Part shown: positions 58,152-64,000 of the stretch, in pieces | Layout: the number at the start of each line of letters is the position of its first letter | Position numbering within the stretch: position 1 is the first letter of the stretch | DNA from: Nitrospirales bacterium | GTDB taxonomy: Bacteria; Nitrospirota; Nitrospiria; Nitrospirales; UBA8639 | Assembly (NCBI GenBank): GCA_963422365.1 | Contig: OY729426.1 | Location: 2,176,001 to 2,240,000, forward strand | Reading direction: 5' to 3' | Length of the DNA: 64,000 nucleotides | The notes under the pieces: generated by a model | What the model saw: the letters and a program-made list of their open reading frames with translations, nothing else | Databases searched by the model: none | Told to the model about the DNA's origin: nothing | Position numbers and translations under genes: made by a program

Positions 58152-60611
58152 ATGGACCAAGAACTTCATCCCGCTCCTCAACATATTGACATTCCTGACA
58201 ATTTGCCGTTGATTCCCGTCCGGGATATCGTCGTGTTTCCTTACATGGTTCTGCCCCTGTTTGTCGGGCGAGAAATGTCAATCAAAGCAATTGAGACGGC
58301 CCTCGCCGGCAATAGAATGGTCCTGTTGGCGGCTCAGAAAGCCCACGATACTGAATCTCCAAAACCAGCAGACATTTTTAAAACCGGGACCGTTGGCATG
58401 ATCATGCGCATGCTGAAACTTCCCGATGAACGGATCAAAATTTTAGTGCAAGGTCTTGCCAAAGCTACAATCGTCGACTATCTCCAGTCTGAACCGTTTT
58501 ACTCCGTTCGCATTCAAACCGTATCGGCTTCTCAAGCACAATCACCGTCTCTCGAGATTGAAGCCGTCATTCGTACCGCAAAAGAGGGGATAGACCGGCT
58601 CACAAGTCTTGGGAAAGAGTTAATGCCGGACGTCATGGTGGTCATTGAAAACCTGGATGAACCGGGCCGACTAGCAGACATCATTGTGTCGAATCTCGGG
58701 TTGAAAGTGGAAAGAACCCAGGAAATTTTGGAAATCGAAAATCCGATGACCCGATTAAAGCGCGTGACGGAGATCCTCTCGAAAGAAATTGAAGTCTTGT
58801 CGATGCAACAAAAAATCCAGGCCGACGCCAAGGGTGAAATTGATAAAACCCAGCGTGAATATTTCCTGCGTGAGCAGTTGAAAGCCATTCAAAAAGAACT
58901 CGGAGAATTGGATGATCGGGCGGAAGAAGTGGCGGAATTCCGAAAGCGTATTGAAGAATGCCACATGCCAGAAAAGGTTATGAAGGAAGCAGAGAAGCAG
59001 CTGAAGCGGCTAGAAAAAATGCACCCTGATACGGCCGAAGCGGCGACAGTACGCACCTACATGGAATGGATGGTTGAGATTCCTTGGAGTCACACCTCCC
59101 CAGACAATCTGGATATTCAAGCTGCCCAAAAAGTCCTCAACGAGGACCACTATGATTTGGAAAAGGTCAAAGAACGCATCCTCGAATATTTGGCCGTACG
59201 CAAACTCACAGAAAAACACAAAGGCCCAATTCTTTGCTTTGTCGGTCCACCGGGTGTGGGAAAAACGTCGTTGGGGAAATCCATTGCGCGGGCCTTGGGT
59301 CGAGAATTTGTGCGCATGAGTCTGGGCGGCGTGCGAGACGAAGCCGAAATCAGAGGGCATCGCCGAACGTACGTTGGGGCTTTACCTGGACGTATCATGC
59401 AAGGAATCAAGCAGGCAGGAACGAATAATCCCGTGTTCATGCTGGATGAAGTCGATAAAGTGGGAATGGATTTTCGTGGCGATCCCTCAGCCGCGCTTTT
59501 GGAGGTTTTAGACCCCGAACAAAATCATGCGTTCACGGATCATTATTTAGGCGTCCCTTTCGACCTCAGCAATGTGATGTTCATCACGACCGCGAATCTC
59601 ATGGACCCCATTCTTTCCGCGCTCCGAGATCGAATGGAGATCATTGGAATTCAGGGATATACCGAAGAAGAAAAACTTGGGATTGCCCGTCGCTATTTAA
59701 TTCCTCGGCAACTGGAACAACATGGAATCTCGGAAAAATATTTTCGAATGACCGATCCCGCCGTTCAGAGAATCGTCACTCACTACACGCGGGAAGCCGG
59801 TGTCCGTAATCTGGAACGAGAACTCGCCAATGCCATGCGAAAAGTTGCCAGACGAGTCGCCGAAGGCAAACCGAAACGCTATTCCATCACACCACATTCT
59901 CTCCGCACCTATTTCGGTATTCCCAAATATCTCCCGGAAACCGAAAAGGAAAAAGATCAGGTGGGGTTGACCATCGGGCTCGCGTGGACGGAAACGGGCG
60001 GCGAGACGCTTCACGTCGAAGCCACCGGGATGCAGGGTAAAGGGAATCTGACCTTAACGGGCCATCTCGGTGATGTCATGAAGGAGTCCGCCCAAGCCGC
60101 ACTGAGTTATGTCCGTGCACAGGCCCGCACGCTAAACATCAAACAGGAGACCTTCGCTACGACCGACATCCATATTCATGTTCCCGCAGGCGCCATTCCT
60201 AAAGATGGGCCGTCAGCGGGGATTACCATAGCCACAGCACTTGCCTCGAGTTTAGCAAATATCCCCGCCAGACACGATGTCGCCATGACAGGAGAAATCA
60301 CGTTGCGTGGACGGATTCTCCCCATCGGCGGTTTGAAAGAGAAAATACTTGCGGCAAAGCGAGCCTCAATTCCTCGCATCATTCTTCCAAAACGAAATGA
60401 AAAAGATTTAGAAGACCTCCCGAAACATTTGCTGAAAGGCGTGAAGATGATTTTTGCGGAAACCGTGAGTCACGTGTTTGCCGCGGCACTTCAACGACCA
60501 GTTCACGCGCGCAGCACACCCAAAACGCCAAAACCCTCACACACCAAAACCGTCTCGCCGAACCGAAAAAAACGGGTGGACGCCTTGCCTGCAAAAAGGA
60601 CTCGGCGGTGA
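58152..60611 (+). CDS. lon: ATP-dependent Lon protease
   Basis: 'GPPGVGKTS', 'LDEVDK', catalytic 'PKDGPSAG' and 'IGGLKEK'. Confidence 0.97.
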   Translation: MDQELHPAPQHIDIPDNLPLIPVRDIVVFPYMVLPLFVGREMSIKAIETALAGNRMVLLAAQKAHDTESPKPADIFKTGTVGMIMRMLKLPDERIKILVQGLAKATIVDYLQSEPFYSVRIQTVSASQAQSPSLEIEAVIRTAKEGIDRLTSLGKELMPDVMVVIENLDEPGRLADIIVSNLGLKVERTQEILEIENPMTRLKRVTEILSKEIEVLSMQQKIQADAKGEIDKTQREYFLREQLKAIQKELGELDDRAEEVAEFRKRIEECHMPEKVMKEAEKQLKRLEKMHPDTAEAATVRTYMEWMVEIPWSHTSPDNLDIQAAQKVLNEDHYDLEKVKERILEYLAVRKLTEKHKGPILCFVGPPGVGKTSLGKSIARALGREFVRMSLGGVRDEAEIRGHRRTYVGALPGRIMQGIKQAGTNNPVFMLDEVDKVGMDFRGDPSAALLEVLDPEQNHAFTDHYLGVPFDLSNVMFITTANLMDPILSALRDRMEIIGIQGYTEEEKLGIARRYLIPRQLEQHGISEKYFRMTDPAVQRIVTHYTREAGVRNLERELANAMRKVARRVAEGKPKRYSITPHSLRTYFGIPKYLPETEKEKDQVGLTIGLAWTETGGETLHVEATGMQGKGNLTLTGHLGDVMKESAQAALSYVRAQARTLNIKQETFATTDIHIHVPAGAIPKDGPSAGITIATALASSLANIPARHDVAMTGEITLRGRILPIGGLKEKILAAKRASIPRIILPKRNEKDLEDLPKHLLKGVKMIFAETVSHVFAAALQRPVHARSTPKTPKPSHTKTVSPNRKKRVDALPAKRTRR

Positions 60612-61720
60612 ACTGCTCGAAAGCTCTCCCTTCTACATTACGGACAAACAAATCCTCTAGCCGTGGCTCCCTCAAGACGATCGGAGAATTTGGCCTGATC
60701 CGACAACTGAAGCAGCAATGGGCCATCTCCTCTCCACGGGTGGTCAAAGGCATTGGCGATGACGCGGCAATTCTGAAGGCACCTCAAGGCCAACAGCTTC
60801 TGATGAGTACCGATGCCTTCATTGAGGGGGTGCATTTTGACCTCACCTATCAAACCCTGAAGGATGTGGGATTTCGCGCAGGGGTGGCCAACCTCAGTGA
60901 CATCGCGGCTATGGGAGGGAGACCGCTGTACCTGCTTGTGTCCATGGCTCTTCCTGCTCAGATTCCAACCCCAAAAATTCGAGAGTGCTATCGCGGGATC
61001 CAAGACTCCTGTGGCCCCTGCCACGTCGAATTGATCGGCGGAGATACCTCGTCGTCTCCATCTAATATTTTTCTGAGTCTGACCATCATGGGATCCATTC
61101 AAGCGAATCGTGCACTTACGAGAAATGGGGCTAAAGTGGGGGACTCTATTTATGTGACTGGGACATTGGGTGATTCCAATGCCGGCCTTCACATTTTGCA
61201 AACTCATTCAAAAAGCCACCGAAGTCCCAGACTATCGGCCGTTGAAAAATTTTTAACCCAGCGTCATTTACGACCCACCCCACGGATTCACATAGGACAA
61301 TGCCTGGCAAACCAAGGCGTTGCGCAGGCTGCCATCGACCTCTCTGATGGACTATCTTGCGACATTGGTCATATCTGTGAAGAAAGTGGGGTGGGTGCCG
61401 AGGTCTGGGGAAAGGCCCTTCCCCTCTCTTCCCAACTTCACGCATTTGCGCAACAACATAACGTGGACCCCATAGAGTTCGCTTTGAGAGGAGGCGAAGA
61501 TTATGAGATCCTGTTTACCGCCCCTACAAAAAATCACCAAAACGTGTTAAATGTTTCCAAACAAACCAAGGTGCCTATTTCCTGCATTGGCACAATAAAA
61601 CCAAAAAAATTTGGTCAACAACTTGAGTGTCCTGAAGGCCGCAAACAAAAACTTTTGAAGAAGAGTTTTAACCACTTTAGCGGGAGACACATCTCCCATT
61701 CCCCGATTCCATCATCGTGA
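60608..61720 (+). CDS. thiL: Thiamine-monophosphate kinase
   Basis: 'GEFGLI', 'GIGDDAA', 'NLSDIAAMGG', 'DLSDGL' and 'GGEDYE'. Confidence 0.95.
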   Translation: MNCSKALPSTLRTNKSSSRGSLKTIGEFGLIRQLKQQWAISSPRVVKGIGDDAAILKAPQGQQLLMSTDAFIEGVHFDLTYQTLKDVGFRAGVANLSDIAAMGGRPLYLLVSMALPAQIPTPKIRECYRGIQDSCGPCHVELIGGDTSSSPSNIFLSLTIMGSIQANRALTRNGAKVGDSIYVTGTLGDSNAGLHILQTHSKSHRSPRLSAVEKFLTQRHLRPTPRIHIGQCLANQGVAQAAIDLSDGLSCDIGHICEESGVGAEVWGKALPLSSQLHAFAQQHNVDPIEFALRGGEDYEILFTAPTKNHQNVLNVSKQTKVPISCIGTIKPKKFGQQLECPEGRKQKLLKKSFNHFSGRHISHSPIPSS

Positions 61721-62202
61721 CAGCCTTCAAACGCGTTCTCGCTAAAATACAGGAAGCCCTCCACCTTCAAGAAACACCCCAACGAACAGCCGTTGCTTTT
61801 TCTCTCGGGGTCTTCATCGCGTTCACTCCAACCTACGGACTTCATTGTGTCAGTGTGATTGTCTTAGCCTGGGCGTTCCGTCTGAATTTTCCCGCTCTCT
61901 TGGTCGGTGCATTCATTAATAATCCCTGGACCATCGCCCCGATTTTGGGAGCCACGATGTGGACGGGATTTTTTCTGTTAGGAATGCCGGAAGTCCCAGA
62001 TGTTTCCTGGAATAATCTTTCGATCACGACACTGTACGAATTCGTCCTTCCCTTCGTTCTTCCTTTTACCCTTGGAGCCCTTACCCTGAGTGTGTTTGGC
62101 GCCTTGCTGGCCTATCCCTTGGGCGTGCTCTTGGTTTCTTGGTATCGCAAACAATATGCAGCCCAACCAAGCCACCAACTGGCTCGAAAGAAACCAGCAT
62201 AA
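61717..62202 (+). CDS. DUF2062 family membrane protein
   Basis: 'TPQRTAVAFSLGVFIAFTP' and 'INNPWT'. Confidence 0.8.
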   Translation: MTAFKRVLAKIQEALHLQETPQRTAVAFSLGVFIAFTPTYGLHCVSVIVLAWAFRLNFPALLVGAFINNPWTIAPILGATMWTGFFLLGMPEVPDVSWNNLSITTLYEFVLPFVLPFTLGALTLSVFGALLAYPLGVLLVSWYRKQYAAQPSHQLARKKPA

Positions 62203-62407
62203 CGACACTTCCACGGAATGCGAAAATGCGATCGTTTCTTGAAAGGTTATGAATTCACATGTTCCTTTCCCTTACCTATCATCATCACATTGATGATGCC
62301 TCAGCTTCGCCCGATCCAGAAATGTGGTATTCTGTTTAGTTGTTCGTGCCATAACGCTACGTTAAGATTCACAGGAGATTGTTCCATCCCTTCTGACTCG
62401 ACACTTA

Positions 62408-63787
62408 ATGGCTCAACCAGCACCTCATGACATTTCGCTTATTGCCGATCCTATTCATCACTACATTCAATTTACGGTTCCTCATTCCTCATCCGACTCT
62501 GACGAAACAACGGAAAAAGATTTAATCGATTCTCCCTGGATCCAACGCCTTCGGTACATCTATCAACTGCAAAGCGCACGATGGGTCTATCCTGGAGCGG
62601 AACACAGTCGGTTCCAACATTCTCTAGGGGCCATGCATCTTGCCGGACAATATGCGAAGCATGTGTATCCCACCCTCGCCCAAACAGTTCGGGATGTTCC
62701 CACGCTCCCTTATATCGAAGCCTTACTCAGGGTCACCGCACTACTCCACGATGTCGGACATGGCCCCTTTTGTCATTTTTTTGATCACCACTTTCTTCAA
62801 CAATACGGTTTATCCCATGAACACGTGAGTCAAGCCATTATTCGTCATGAAGTAGGCCCTCTGATTCGACAAGTACGACGCAGTCCTTCAGGAAGGTTTG
62901 CGAACCATGAAACGCTCGATCCCGATTATCTTGCGTTTCTGATTTTGAAAGATCCCAACAAACAAAGTCGGCACTATCCTCGATGGCTTCAGCTCCTCCA
63001 GCCATTAATCGGCGGGCTTTTCACGGCAGACAACTTCGACTACGTCTTGCGCGATTCCTATATGTGTGGAGTCGCGATCGGGCCAGTGGATATTCCTCGA
63101 CTGATTCATTACACGTTGATCACCCCAAAGGGGTTAACACTCCATAAAAATGGCTTGCCCGCCCTTCAAATGTTTCTCAATGCCAGACTCTATCTCTATT
63201 CCAATGTGTATTATCATCGCACCTCACGAGCAATTGATCTTCACCTCTTGGAGATTTTCCATGAAACCATGGAATGTATTTTTCCCCATAACCCGCTTCA
63301 ACACATGCAGAAATATCTCCGGCTTACGGATTGGTCTCTCTTGGAAACGGTCCGCACCTGGGAATCGTCATCGAATCGTCAGAAACAGCGGATCGGGAAA
63401 GAATGGGCTCGCGTGTTGGAACGCCAAATAAAATGGAAAACAGCCTATAGCAAAGTCTTGACGATTCGAGACTGCCGTCCACGAGGGCCAGTGGCGACAC
63501 CTGCAAAGCTTGAATCTCGTATTCGTCAAAAATTGCCTCGCCGACTGCAGGGTCTTATCTTTCGAGTAGATATTGCCAGCAAAGATACGCGCCCCTTCAA
63601 CGTTCTCAACATGGGCCAGTTTCAGTTTTATCTCTATGACCCAGCAACCCAGTCCGTCGAAAAAGAAAAGCTGCAAGAACTTTTGGCCTTTTTGCCCTCG
63701 CATATCGTCCAACTTCGAATTTTTGCTGAAAATCATCATGCCGACTCAGCGTTAGCTAAGGCAGCCGAACAGGTACTTGATGGCTAG
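62408..63787 (+). CDS. HD-domain phosphohydrolase (dNTP triphosphohydrolase-like)
   Basis: 'DPIHHYI', 'QRLRYIYQL', 'HSRFQHSLG', 'LLHDVGHGPF', 'DYVLRD' and 'VYYH'. Confidence 0.9.
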   Translation: MAQPAPHDISLIADPIHHYIQFTVPHSSSDSDETTEKDLIDSPWIQRLRYIYQLQSARWVYPGAEHSRFQHSLGAMHLAGQYAKHVYPTLAQTVRDVPTLPYIEALLRVTALLHDVGHGPFCHFFDHHFLQQYGLSHEHVSQAIIRHEVGPLIRQVRRSPSGRFANHETLDPDYLAFLILKDPNKQSRHYPRWLQLLQPLIGGLFTADNFDYVLRDSYMCGVAIGPVDIPRLIHYTLITPKGLTLHKNGLPALQMFLNARLYLYSNVYYHRTSRAIDLHLLEIFHETMECIFPHNPLQHMQKYLRLTDWSLLETVRTWESSSNRQKQRIGKEWARVLERQIKWKTAYSKVLTIRDCRPRGPVATPAKLESRIRQKLPRRLQGLIFRVDIASKDTRPFNVLNMGQFQFYLYDPATQSVEKEKLQELLAFLPSHIVQLRIFAENHHADSALAKAAEQVLDG

Positions 63788-63850
63788 CGATGATGGGAGA
63801 AATGGGCTTTTCCCCCGGGGGATTGTGGAGAAGGAGCACGGATGCTTCAG

Positions 63851-64000
63851 TTAATTTGAAGCCCACGGCAGACTCTGTTCATCCCCAAGAAGAGGGCCTA
63901 AAATACTCTTGAGGATTTGGGTTCCTAATCCGGTCGTAGCCCCCACGCCACGTAACGTGAGGACAAAATTAAATTGATTTCGTTCGGGAAGATCCTCTCC
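63851..64000 (-). CDS. C-terminal end of a probable LPS-assembly protein LptD (gene continues beyond the window)
   Basis: Open frame GEDLPERNQFNFVLTLRGVGATTGLGTQ...ASN*. 'FNFVLTLRGVG' resembles the last beta-strand of LptD. Confidence 0.5.
   Translation of the reverse strand, partial: GEDLPERNQFNFVLTLRGVGATTGLGTQILKSILGPLLGDEQSLPWASN

Overview
Bacterial chromosomal window dominated by cell-envelope glycan genes. Gene content and order (bamA-skp-fabZ-lpxA-lpxI-gnnA-like-lpxB-msbA-DUF374-waaA-lpxK-waaF-gmhB-waaC, lon-thiL, nirK, lptD end) suggest a Nitrospirales/Nitrospira-like organism. The plant-type LRR array hints at a host-associated lifestyle such as a sponge symbiont; both points are inference. 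(1) About 0.4-20.3 kb is an accessory, partly decayed Wzx/Wzy-type polysaccharide island. It holds a 2051-aa Wzy/O-antigen-ligase-family protein with ~1640 aa of eukaryote-like LRR modules inserted between its conserved motifs, and it ends at a transposon-like terminus at 20269. (2) 20.3-35.7 kb holds nirK, dsbA-like, waaL-like, tRNA-Ser(GCT) and core/O-antigen glycosyltransferases. (3) 35730-39927 is a 4.2-kb TG...CA element with terminal inverted repeats and a 5-bp target duplication, splitting a GT2 gene. It carries Mu-like portal and MuF genes. The MuF protein has a PBECR-like nuclease tail and is faced by a consensus sigma70 promoter driving a 67-nt cloverleaf-like RNA, a candidate RNA antitoxin. 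(4) 40-64 kb is core lipid A/LPS and housekeeping genes, including a DUF374 gene broken at an in-frame A_AAA_AAG slippery site. All family assignments come from motif recognition by eye; no searches were run.
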